64,000 nt of DNA, taken from contig NC_043013.1 of NCBI RefSeq assembly GCF_006345805.1, positions 26,288,001 through 26,352,000 of the forward strand, written 5' to 3'. Shown in pieces: positions 52,090-62,898 of the stretch. Each line of letters begins with the position of its first letter. Within the stretch, counting starts at the first letter, position 1. The notes under the pieces were generated by a model, which had not been told where the DNA came from, did no database searches, and worked only from the letters and a program-made list of their open reading frames with translations. The stretch is from Octopus sinensis (Eukaryota). The translations under genes were made by a program, and so were the position numbers.

Positions 52090-54480
52090 TATGTATGTGT
52101 GCGCGTGTATAAGTGCATGTGTAGATGTGGGAGTGCATGGTGCTATGTAAAAGTGTGTGCTTGTGTATGCACTTGTATACATGCATGATTGATGTGCGTG
52201 AGATTGCACCCATTTTAGGGATGTATATGTTTATTTGTCTGTATGGGTGTGGGAGTGAATTTTTGGTGTATATATCGAGGTTTATACGTATGTATAGGTA
52301 TGTGTGAGTGGTGGGTATTTGTATATATCGTGGGTGTGTGGTTTACGTGTGTGTATTTGTGTTTGAATGTATAGGTTAGGGGGATTGCTATATAGGTTTG
52401 TTATAGTGTTTAGTAAAGGGAGGTTTTATCATTATATGTATTTATGAGTTTTAGTTTATCATGGTAGTTTTATTAAGAATTTGTAGTAATTTATGTCTAT
52501 TTATGATGTTTGTTATTTTATTACATTATTCCATTCATAATTTTTAAGTAATGTTAGTTTACCACCTGAATATAATTTTTAATTCCATTTATTCCATTCA
52601 TAATTTTAAATGACGTTCGTTTCCATAGCGCTATGTATGAGCCTCAATATGTACACCGGTGATTTGCTTCCACATCCGTGCGGATGGGTGAGCGTATGCA
52701 TTCTTGAGGGTGGGTGCGGTCTCGCGCGCATCAGTCGTGTATGTGTGCAATTGCGTACACGGGAGTGATGTGTGATCGACTTGAACGTGCGGAGTTTGCT
52801 ACGAATTGTTGGTGGACCATCGTGATGAGTGGGGCCCATATACGTGTAGTGATGGGGCTCCCTTTGCCATGCCCGATTGTACCTGTGTGGCGGTCTCCAT
52901 GTGTACATTCGCGCACGGGTATACATGCGTGGGGCACACGCGCACGGCATGTGGTTTGTTGGTGATTTGTGGTAGGTTCTGTATATTTGGGTTGATTATG
53001 TATTGTTCTTGTGTGTGCAATTGTATACATGCATGATTGGTGTGCGTGGGATTGCGCCCATTTTTGGGGATGTATGTGTTTATTTGTCCGTGTGGGGTGG
53101 GAGTGGGTTTTTGGTGTACATATTGAGGTTTATACGTATTTATAGGTATGTGTGAGTGAGGTGGGTATTTGTATATGTGGGTGTGTGGTTTACGTGTGTG
53201 TATTTGTGTGTGAATGTATAGGTTAGGGGGATTGCTATATAGGTATGTTATAGAGTTTAGTAAAGGGAGGTTTTATCATTTATGTATTTATGAGTCTTAG
53301 TTTATCATGGTAGTTTTATTAAAGAATTCGTAGTAATTTATGTCTATTTATGATGTTTGTTATTTTATTACATTATTCCATTCATAATTTTTAAGTAATG
53401 TTCGTTTACCACGTGAATATAATTTTTAATTCCATTTATTCCATTTCTCCATTCATAATTTTAAATGACGTTTGTTTCCAGAGCGCGAATACTTTTTATA
53501 CATATGTTAGGTTCCTATGGTAACGTAATTTTGTTTGACGTTTTTAAAGGCTTAGAGTTTAATTTCACTTCATAATTTGAAACTGACTTGAAAGTATGTA
53601 TATTTTTTCTCCTTATGTTATCTTGTTACTTATGATATTCTGGTTACTTATGAAGTATTTTATATATCGTATTATGTGTAGTAATGTTGTTTTTCTTTTG
53701 AGTGTTTATGTATGTGTGAATGTGTGTGTGTGTGCGTATTTTAGTTGTATAATTTATTTATCTGTATGAGTGTGGGTGTGAAAATATTGTTGTATATATC
53801 GAGTTTAGTAAGTATGTATATGTATATGTGAGGGGGTATACGTATATGTTGTGTGTGTGTGTTTTACGTATGTATATTTGTGTGTGAATGTGTATATGGG
53901 TTTGCTATATAGGTGTAATTGTGTATGGTAGGGGGAGAGCGTATTGTTGTGTATGTCGGGTTTGGTACGTATGTATATGGGTGTGTGGGGGGGTGTACGT
54001 ATGTGTTGTGTGTGTGTGTTTTGCGTATGTGTGTTTGTGTGTGGATGTATATATGGAGATTGCTATGTGGGTGTAATTGTGTATGGTGGGGGGAGTTTTG
54101 TCATTGTATGTGTGTGGGTTTCATTTGTCATGGTGGTTTGTTGGTGATTTGTGGTAGGTTCTGTATATTTGGGTTGATTATGTATTGTTCTTGTGTGTGC
54201 AATTGTATACATGCATGATTGGTGTGCGTGGGATTGCGCCCATTTTTGGGGATGTATGTGTTTATTTGTCGGTGTGGGGTGGGAGTGGGTTTTTGGTGTA
54301 TATATTGAGGTTTATACGTATGTATAGGTATGTGTGAGTGAGGTGGGTATTTGTATATGTCGTGGGTGTGTGGTTTACGTGTGTGTATTTGTGTGTGAAT
54401 GTATAGGTTAGGGGGATTGCTATATAGGTATGTTATAGAGTTTAGTAAAGGGAGGTTTTATCATTATATGTATTTATGGT
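52090..54480. repeat. Three TG-rich direct repeat blocks in the Penelope 3' region (about 52175-52620, 52950-53480, 54135-54480)
   Basis: gtatacatgcatgattg...ggttagggggattgctatatagg...aaagggaggttttatcatt recurs three times. Confidence 0.88.
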
Positions 54481-54732
54481 ATGTATTTAGATATGGTTAT
54501 ATATAATTAGTTATATGTGTATGGGTGTATATATAGTTTATTTTTATTTTGTTTTGTTTTGTTTTATATTTAATTGTTGATAGGTTTATTTTAGTTTATA
54601 TATTGATTATATATGGATTATATATAGGTTATATATAGATTATATATTTATATTTTTTCATTAATACTTTAATTATTTTAAAATTATTTTTTATACTTAT
54701 ATTTTAAAATATTGATATTTTAGATCGGAAAT

Positions 54733-54775
54733 CCACCTGAAGATTGTCGATCAAGACATGAAACAATTGTAGTGG
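54733..54775 (+). ncRNA. Minimal type I hammerhead ribozyme in the Penelope pLTR
   Basis: CCAC-CTGAAGA-TTGTC(gatcaa)GACAT-GAAA-C-AATT-G-TA^GTGG; palindromic stem III; T.T mismatch at the base of stem II. Predicted cut after 54771. Confidence 0.85.
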
Positions 54776-54952
54776 CAGTTTTTTTACTTTTTATTAAAAT
54801 TTTATGTATTGATTAAGTCTTTCCGTGTTTGTTTTGCAAAATAGTGGTTTTGTCTCTAATTAATATTATATAATATTTTACTATAAAATTGGATTTAATC
54901 CTAAATCTGATTTTTTCCCTGTAAATTTGGATTTATTCCCTAATATTATTAT

Positions 54953-55016
<64 letters not shown>

Positions 55017-55066
55017 CGTATATAATTATGATTGTTAACTTAAATATGTTAATATTCTATACAAAC

Positions 55067-55219
55067 TGTCTGGTTATCCCATTCGTTTGCCAAATATTCT
55101 TGATAAAGTCTTCTGCATAGTGTCCATGATGGAATTTTAAGATTTCTTCAAAGGATAAATCACTCTGGAAAAACAGTCTAAATGTGGGATCCATGGTCAG
55201 TTCTTTTTCTTTGAAACAA
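55067..55219 (-). CDS. SNX10/11: Sorting nexin coding exon 4: CFKEKELTMDPTFRLFFQSDLSFEEILKFHHGHYAEDFIKNIWQTNGITR
   Basis: Acceptor catatcaacag|, donor CA|gtttgt, 153 nt, phase 2 to 2. LFFQSDLSFEEI matches the SNX10/11 PXe motif LHLFLQSxLxxxEI. Confidence 0.88.
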
Positions 55220-56782
55220 CTGTTGATATGGAAGAGAGATGAATAATTGATGATAGAGTAAAAATACAATTACATGTGTGTTTATGTTTTTATTACATTA
55301 TGTTATAATGTATGTGTGTTTCATGCACGTATACACTCACACGCACATGCACCTACATACATGTGTGTGTGTGTATGTATGTATGTATGTATGTATGTAT
55401 GTATGTATGCATGTATGTATATTTGTATGCACGCTGTAAAGTGGGTGGTATTAGGAAGGGCATCCAGCCATAAAAACCATACTAAAACAAACAGTGGAAA
55501 TTGGTGTGGTCCTCTGGTTTCCCAGAGGACCATCCAACCTATTCCAGTATCAAAGACAGATGTTAAATAATGATGATGATGATGATGATATATATATATA
55601 TATATATACATGAATCATCTAAGAGACCATAAGTCAAGGAAAAGATGCACTCACATATCTGTCAGTAGAGTGGGTATATTATCCGGTCCTTGTTTGTCCC
55701 CTCTATGTTTAGCCCCTTGTGGGCAATAAAGAAATATATATATATAAAATGGGACAAGATCGCAAAACATCCAGACAGTTAGGTGGTATAAGAAAGGGAC
55801 CACAAAACATCCAGATAGACAATACAAAGAAAATGGGTCATTCGGAGTTTTCTTTCCTCAGTTGAGTTCCAAATTATCTTTGCAATTTTGGCTGGTTATA
55901 CTTGAGATTGCTCCAATCTGGCCAGCCCCAAGGAAAAACTAAGCTTAGAGCATTAGATTTCTTGGAAGAAAGCAGCAAATGTATACAAAAACGAGGATGA
56001 AAAAATACAGAGAAAGTTACACAAATACAAATAACAGGACATAACGACAGGTGTCTTTTGACTAAGGATGAATTAAATTAAGCTGGCATATGTGGAAGTA
56101 AAGCCTTACAGCAGGGATACAAGATTTCACAGGTACAGGGAAGAATATAGATGTTGCGTGGACAACGGCCAATCATCATCATCATCATCATCACAGTTTA
56201 ACATCTGTTTTCTATGCTAGCATGGATTAGACACTCTGGTTCGTTTCTATGGCTGGATGCCCTTCCTTATCCCGACCACTTTACTGTGTGTATTGAGTGC
56301 TTATTTAAATGCGATGAATCGCGTTTCAAACTCAGTGATTTTTCAGTCCTCAGAAAGTTTATAGAGAATGTGGAACCCAAGCACCCATAAAATCTTTAGT
56401 TTTTAAGATTCTATATCATACAGAGAGTATTCTCTTTCATATCCTATTCTAGAATATACGAATATATGGACAAATTCTACATCATATATTGAATACTGTG
56501 TTCTTTATACTGTAATACACCCTGAATGATAAATTTTCAATTTTGTCATTCATGTTCCTTTAGTACATGGTACAAGGTATATTCTTGAAGTTTTGAGACT
56601 TTTTCAGGAGAGACATTTATTAATTTCAAAGAGATTCAAAGCTCTAATCTCCTTTAAGGTAGGATCCACTGATTTTGATGCACTTATTGTAGTAATCCAG
56701 CCATACAATTAAGGCCCCCATGGAAGTCTTTCAGACTGAAAGGGTTCGGGATCCTTTTCACAGCCTCTTTTGTCTTCACACA

Positions 56783-56820
<38 letters not shown>

Positions 56821-57446
56821 ACATGCACATGCACACATGCACACACACACAGAAATACACTAATACAGATAGAGAGAGAGTGAGAGGGGAGCATTACAAT
56901 TTATTAATTGAGTATGACTGTCATAGGCACCTTCTCTCTCCTCATATACGTAAAGAGAAACACATGCACATACATAAACACAGAGACAGACAGACAGACA
57001 GAGGAAGAAAGAGAGAGAGAGAGAGAGATTATGATTTATTAATTGAACATGATTGACACAAGCATTTCCATCTCCTCAGACACATAAAGAGAAACATGAC
57101 CACAGACATAAACAAAGGGACGATGGAGAGAGAAAAAGGAGAGAAAGAGGGAATGAGAGGAACACTAAAATGTCTGATGTGAAATAAGTTGTCATTGAGT
57201 CAACAATGCCAAACAGGCAGCACCAGACTGGCTGTGCCATAACGTCACATACTCCATCCAGTGCTACTCAACAGGGGAACGGAAGGAATTGTCTTGCTAT
57301 CTACTCTGTTGGGAAAATGGAGGTTTATTGCTGAGAATAATGAAATTTTCATCATAGTTCACAAAACATGAATTAAAGATGATATCATTTTATCATATGA
57401 TAATATCAGTTGTATTATTTGAAATAATTTAAGCGTCACTCCTTAC

Positions 57447-57545
57447 CTTTCGGCAAAGGCACACAATCGTGATATACGTCTCATGACAACCCATAGATTA
57501 AACCTGTTTAACAAACAGCAATCTGATTGCAAAGATGGAATTTTT
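57447..57545 (-). CDS. SNX10/11: Sorting nexin coding exon 3: KIPSLQSDCCLLNRFNLWVVMRRISRLCAFAE
   Basis: Acceptor tatttccag|, donor AG|gtaagg, 99 nt, phase 2 to 2. Corresponds to the PX proline loop and the helix with the RRxxL motif. Confidence 0.88.
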
Positions 57546-58344
57546 CTGGAAATATAAAAATATATGTACTCTGTTATTAATATTCAGTAGAAGCTGCAGA
57601 GTGACTCGAGCTTGCTTGGTGAGGAGGGTGTTTATTGGACACCCTGCGGGATGAAAAACAAAACCCGTCAAAGGGCAGAGGAACTCTTGCGAGTCAACGG
57701 CCATCCAATAAATGTATCTTGAGGCTGTATCATGCGCGGGGACATAGAAATAATCGGACTGAATACCCGATCGTGCAGTTAAACCATTGGGAGTGAAAGA
57801 CTCCTAGCCTTTGTTAGGGCATCCTTCTAGGAGAAGGTTACTTGGGTAACTGGGATAACTCCGATATAAAACCTGCGGCTCAGTGGTTACCGATGATGTT
57901 GACTTGTTCTTCTTTTCGGATTATGGCTGCTGTTGCTTAGTGAGTGGGATTGACTCAGTGCACAGCCTTTCCTCACTTTAAAAACAATCTTCTTGTACAG
58001 GCATTGCACGATAACAACATTGATTAAGCTTCGCGCAATGGCCATACTCGATAACAAGGGGGCAGCCACCATGCATGTATGTATGTATGTATGTATGTAT
58101 GTATGTATGTATGTATGTATGTATGTATGCATGTATGTATGTATGTGTGTATATATGTATGTGTATATTGCATGTATGTATGTCTTCTAGTTTTTAATTA
58201 TTATAAATCTTCCACTGAGGAGGAGGCCGGTTTCCAACAAAGATACAAGATTCCATCTTTGGGATGCAGTTAACACAGACAAGTTCACATTTGGAACTTA
58301 AGTGTTTTCCTCTCACTCTCACTCTCTCTCACTCTCTCTCTCTA

Positions 58345-58383
<39 letters not shown>

Positions 58384-58446
58384 TTCATCTGACAAATCCT
58401 ACCAAATAAATAATGATAACCAAACAAAATAATAAATTATGCCTAC

Positions 58447-58550
58447 AGGTTCTTATGTCTCTGGCACAGAATGTTTCTCAGCAAATGAAACTCACGGTAA
58501 CTTCTCCACACATGATCTGTGTTGTCCAGTGGTAACACAGGGAAGCAATT
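58447..58550 (-). CDS. SNX10/11: Sorting nexin coding exon 2: NCFPVLPLDNTDHVWRSYREFHLLRNILCQRHKN
   Basis: Acceptor aacccag|, donor CT|gtaggc, 104 nt, phase 0 to 2. WRSYREF corresponds to the PX RRRYREF motif. Confidence 0.88.
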
Positions 58551-58803
58551 CTGGGTTATAGATAAAATATATTAAAAAAAGTGATTAAATATGTGAAACT
58601 TTGAAGTCACTATTAACATTGTTCTTGTAAAAGAATAATAAGAATGTACTCCACAAAAAATTCTTCAGTTTAAGGTGAAGTTGTATTTATTAAAACAAAC
58701 AGTAATAGTGTTGATGTCGTGCGAATTTATAATCTTTTGAAAGAATGAGAAATAATGATTGTTTGGAGGAGTGGATCTTGAAGCACACACACACACACAT
58801 ATA

Positions 58804-58848
<45 letters not shown>

Positions 58849-58854
58849 GTATAT

Positions 58855-58906
<52 letters not shown>

Positions 58907-58940
58907 ATATATATACGTATATATATATATATACTATATA

Positions 58941-58972
<32 letters not shown>

Positions 58973-59144
58973 CATACATATTATATATACATACATATAT
59001 ATATATATATGTATGTATGTATGTATGTGTATATGTGTGCACATATATATGTATATATATATGTGTGTGTGTGTTTGTGTATGTATGTATGTATGTATAT
59101 ATATGTGTGCATATATATATATATATATTTCAAAAACATATATA

Positions 59145-59377
59145 CAAGGTTGGCCAAAAGTCACTTGACAGTAAACCACAACCATTTAATTCCAAGATTT
59201 ATTTATGTTTAATAACTGAATGAATTTAATAAAAGCACCTAAATATGAAACATCATGAAAATTGTTCAAACTTAAGTCCTTCTTGAGCGACACTTTTTTC
59301 CATTCAAGCCAAAACGGAATTACAGATGGTATTTACGGAATTTTGATTTACTGCCAGGTAACTTTTGGCCAACCCTG
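59145..59377. mobile_element. Tc1/mariner-type MITE (233 bp)
   Basis: About 30-bp TIRs caaggttggccaaaagtcacttgacagtaa / ttactgccaggtaacttttggccaaccctg, with TA on both sides. Confidence 0.85.
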
Positions 59378-59411
59378 TATATATACATTATATATACATA
59401 CATACATACAT

Positions 59412-59453
<42 letters not shown>

Positions 59454-60385
59454 TATCATCATTGTCGTCATCGTTTAACATTTGCTTTTGATGCTGGCAT
59501 GGGTTGGACAGCTTGACTGAGGGCTGCACCAGGCTCCAATCTGATCTGGCAAAGTTTCTACAGCTGGATGCCCTTCCTAATGCCAACCACTCCCAGTGTG
59601 TAGTGGGTGCCTTTTACATGCCACCAGCATGATGGCCAGTCAGGCGGTACTTGCATCGACCATACTTGAATGGTGCTTTTTATGTGCCACTAGCACAGGA
59701 GCCAGTCAGGTGGCACTAGCATTGACCATGCTTGAATGGTGCCTTTTATGTGCCACCAGCATGGAACCAGTCAGGTGGCCCTGGCATCAACCATGCTTGA
59801 ATGGTGATTTTAACGTGTCACCGGCTGGGTGCCAATCAGGCGGTACTGTCATCGGTTACAAAAATAACTTCTCTTGGCTTAGCAGGTTTTCACAAGTGCA
59901 GTTTATTGCCCTATAATTAAAGATTACTTTAAAATGGGCTGGTTATGCTGCACTGGCATAGGCTACAGCCATAGTCTCACTTGGCTTGCCGTGTCTTCTC
60001 AAGCACACTTGCTATCACTTCCATGAGGCCCAACGTTCGAAGGTTGTGCTTCACTACTTCATTCAAGGTTTTCCTGCATCTACCTCTTCCTCTACTGCTA
60101 GGGTGTGACCCTTTTTTACACAGCTGTCCTCATCCATATTCAGCACATGACCATATCAACACAGTCATCTCTCTTGCACACCACATCTGATGCTTCTCAT
60201 GTCCACATTTTTCTCAGGGCACTTTAGACTCTGTCATGTATGCACGCTGACATTACACATCCTTTACACACACACACACATATAAATACACGTATGTATA
60301 TATGTATATATATACATACATATATATATATATATATACATACATATATATATAGACATATATATACATATATATACATATATAT

Positions 60386-60453
<68 letters not shown>

Positions 60454-60622
60454 AATAATAGTTATCGCCATACTAATATGGCATTCTTATAAAAATAAGA
60501 AAAAAGCTGTCCGCTTATTAGCTCCATGAGGCCATCGCCTTAAGTTAGCTATTTGATACACAAACTGTATCCATATACCTTCGAACAAGGGAGGTCAGTC
60601 GCTCCACACTACTTGACCGGCA

Positions 60623-60663
60623 GCTACAGACGCGTTTCGGGGTATTGCCCCTTTTCATGCAGC
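60623..60663 (-). ncRNA. Third copy of the hammerhead (minus strand), one core U missing
   Basis: GCTGCA-TGAAAA-GGGG(caata)CCCC-GAAAC-GC-GTC-TGTAGC; the 1-nt loss may be a mutation or a consensus error. Confidence 0.55.
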
Positions 60664-61077
60664 GTAGCCAGCCAGTAGGTGTTGCTTCCGACAATCTCTG
60701 TTCGATGGTTTTATTTACCTAGTTTCGGTGGAATACATCCACTTGTTTTCAATAATAGAAATATTAAAATAACTAAGTCTCTCTAAAAGAGAACAGCGGC
60801 AGCGTTCCCGGAAAATAATAGTTATCGCCATACTAATATGGCATTCTTATAAAAATAAGAAAAAAGCTGTCCGCTTATTAGCTCCATGAGGCCATCGCCT
60901 TAAGTTAGCTATTTGATACACAAACTGTATCCATATAACCTTCGAACAAGGGAGGTCAGTCGCTCCACACTACTTGACCGGCAGCTACAGACGCGTTTCG
61001 GGATGTATTCCACCGAAACTAGGTAAATAAAACCATCGAACAGAGATTGTCGGAAGCGACACCTACTGGCTGGCTAC

Positions 61078-61119
61078 GCTGCATTGAAAAGGGGCAATAC
61101 CCCGAAACGCGTCTGTAGC
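61078..61119 (+). ncRNA. Minimal type I hammerhead ribozyme with U3:A8 variant core
   Basis: GCTGCA-TTGAAAA-GGGG(caata)CCCC-GAAA-C-GC-G-TC^TGTAGC. 6-bp stem I (one G.U), palindromic ACGCGT stem III, predicted cut after 61113. Confidence 0.8.
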
Positions 61120-61438
61120 TGCCGGTCAGTAGTGTGGAGCGACTGACCTCCCTTGTTCGAAGGTTATATGGATACAGTTTGTGTATCAAATAGCTAACTT
61201 AAGGCGATGGCCTCATGGAGCTAATAAGCGGACAGCTTTTTTCTTATTTTTATAAGAATGCCATATTAGTATGGCGATAACTATTATTTTCCGGGAACGC
61301 TGCCGCTGTTCTCTTTTAGAGAGACTTAGTAATTTTAATATTTCTATTATTGAAAACAAGTGGATGTATTCCACCGAAACTAGGTAAATAAAACTATCGA
61401 ACAGAGATTGTCGGAAGTGACACCTACTTGCTGGCTAC

Positions 61439-61480
61439 GCTGCATTGAAAAGGGGCAATACCCCGAAACGTGTCTGTAGC
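61439..61480 (+). ncRNA. Second tandem copy of the U3:A8 hammerhead
   Basis: Same as 61078 except the stem III loop is GT (ACGTGT); predicted cut after 61474, 361 nt from the first cut. Confidence 0.75.
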
Positions 61481-62808
61481 TGCCGGTCAAGTAGTGTGGA
61501 GCGACTGACCTCCCTTGTTCGAAGGTTATATGGATACAGTTTGTGTATCAAATAGCTAACTTAAGGCGATGGCCTCATGGAGCTAATAAGCGGACAGCTT
61601 TTTTCTTATTTTTATAAGAATGCCATATTAGTATGGCGATAACTATTATTTTCCGGGAACGCTGCCGCTGTTCTCTTTTAGAGAAACTTAGTTATTTTAA
61701 TATTTCTATTATATATACAGACATATATATATATATAAATTAGAGAAAAGACCACTATTATGCAATTCAAACAATGATAGACATAAACCAAATCATAAAT
61801 ATAAAATAAAATATATTTTTATAAAACATATAATTAGATCACAAAAGTATAAAAATAAATAATCAATATAATATATATGTATTTCAAATTTAATAAAAAT
61901 ACATCAAACTGAAAATTTATAGCTTATTCTTCATCAGCCAAAATCCAAAAATCCTTACAATTTCTTGCCTTTAACATTGATATTGTTTAGGTTTGGTAGC
62001 GCCAGTGATGAAAAGTCACTGGGAATAGTTAACGAATGTACAGGACAATGGCAGCAACAAGAACAACATAATGAAACATACATATACAACAAAAAAAGTC
62101 GTGCAGCCACAAGACAGACAGATATGTAGTATGGTAAATGAAAATAAAAATGTTCTGTAGGACTGGAGACAAGAGAAGGGTGAATAGAAAGTCAGAACGA
62201 AGAAAGAAGTAATGTATTATGCAGGGAAATATGTATATAAATATGTATAACCTTTTAACCTTTATATTTAACCAATATAACCGGTTTTTTTTTCTGTAAG
62301 GCAGTAGAGTGTGATTTGAGAGAAACCTGGCAACTATTTCTAGCAGCATGAGCAGCCAGGTAGAACCTCCTTTGCTGGTGCATACAGTAACATGTGTGCA
62401 TTGTATGTGTGTGTGTGTGTGTGGCTTGATGGGATGGTTATAATCTTGGCTATTGCCCCATTAGCACACCCTGCATGATCCTGGCTAGTATAGTATTCCA
62501 AAGTCAAAAGGAGATCCATAAGACTTCAATCGATATACAGAGGATCACTACACAACTCCAAAGGAAGATCCTGTTGGTATTAAAATAAGCCCCCAGAGTG
62601 AATAAAGCTTTCATGCAATTATTATCTTCTAAATTCTACCCAGAAAATATTGGACAATCAAATTCCAGAGTAAAAAAACACTTAAGAAAAATGGGCTTGA
62701 ATCCCATACCACAATGGTACCAAAAGCAACCTTTTGACATAACCATATGGTTAATAATCCCTTGGAGATGAAACGTAGACCAAGAGATTAACATGTATTA
62801 GTTCTTAC

Positions 62809-62898
62809 CTTTAGGGATAATTGGTAGGCCACATATTTAGCTCTACCATTTTCAAAGATGGTTCTGGGATTCTGAACACTGATTTCCATTATTTTTAG
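62809..62898 (-). CDS. SNX10/11: Sorting nexin coding exon 1: LKIMEISVQNPRTIFENGRAKYVAYQLSLK (probable start ATG at 62889)
   Basis: Acceptor ttcttattacag|, donor AAG|gtaaga, 90 nt. PX strand pattern ISVxNPR...YxxY. Upstream exon(s) would lie further right or outside the window. Confidence 0.88.

Larger units (their letters stand above)
49733..54866 (+). mobile_element. Penelope-like element (probably Naiad-type): 5'-truncated RT, Asn-rich linker, Cys-rich GIY-YIG endonuclease, 3-kb repetitive 3' region, HHR, inverted terminal fragment at the 5' end
   Basis: ORF 49825..50937 (ITLKDHKDNF...PMGAPDSAQ...GGLYRDDLL...YINVNSNHP); CTCRDKSNCILNNNC...GVVYKC...VYIGST...RIAQH at 51315-51580 (frameshifted); 49733-49816 is the reverse complement of 54782-54866. 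Confidence 0.9.
60451..61712. mobile_element. Retrozyme-like array: ~362-bp non-coding unit, 1.5 copies in one orientation (60451-61002) then about 2 copies inverted (61001-61712), between (TA)n tracts
   Basis: Periodicity gaaaataata at 60451/60811 and ggatgtattcc at 61001/61362. No ORF of 60 aa or more. HHR in each unit. Confidence 0.85.

Noticed and set aside
57560-57900. GC-richer segment resembling a LINE 5' UTR, possibly with an HDV-like ribozyme
   Set aside because: Could not assemble P1/P2/P3 pseudoknot pairings by eye; left unannotated pending a descriptor search.
61880-61950. CTGATGA...GAAA on the minus strand in a Penelope-like terminus
   Set aside because: No convincing stem I or stem II pairing.
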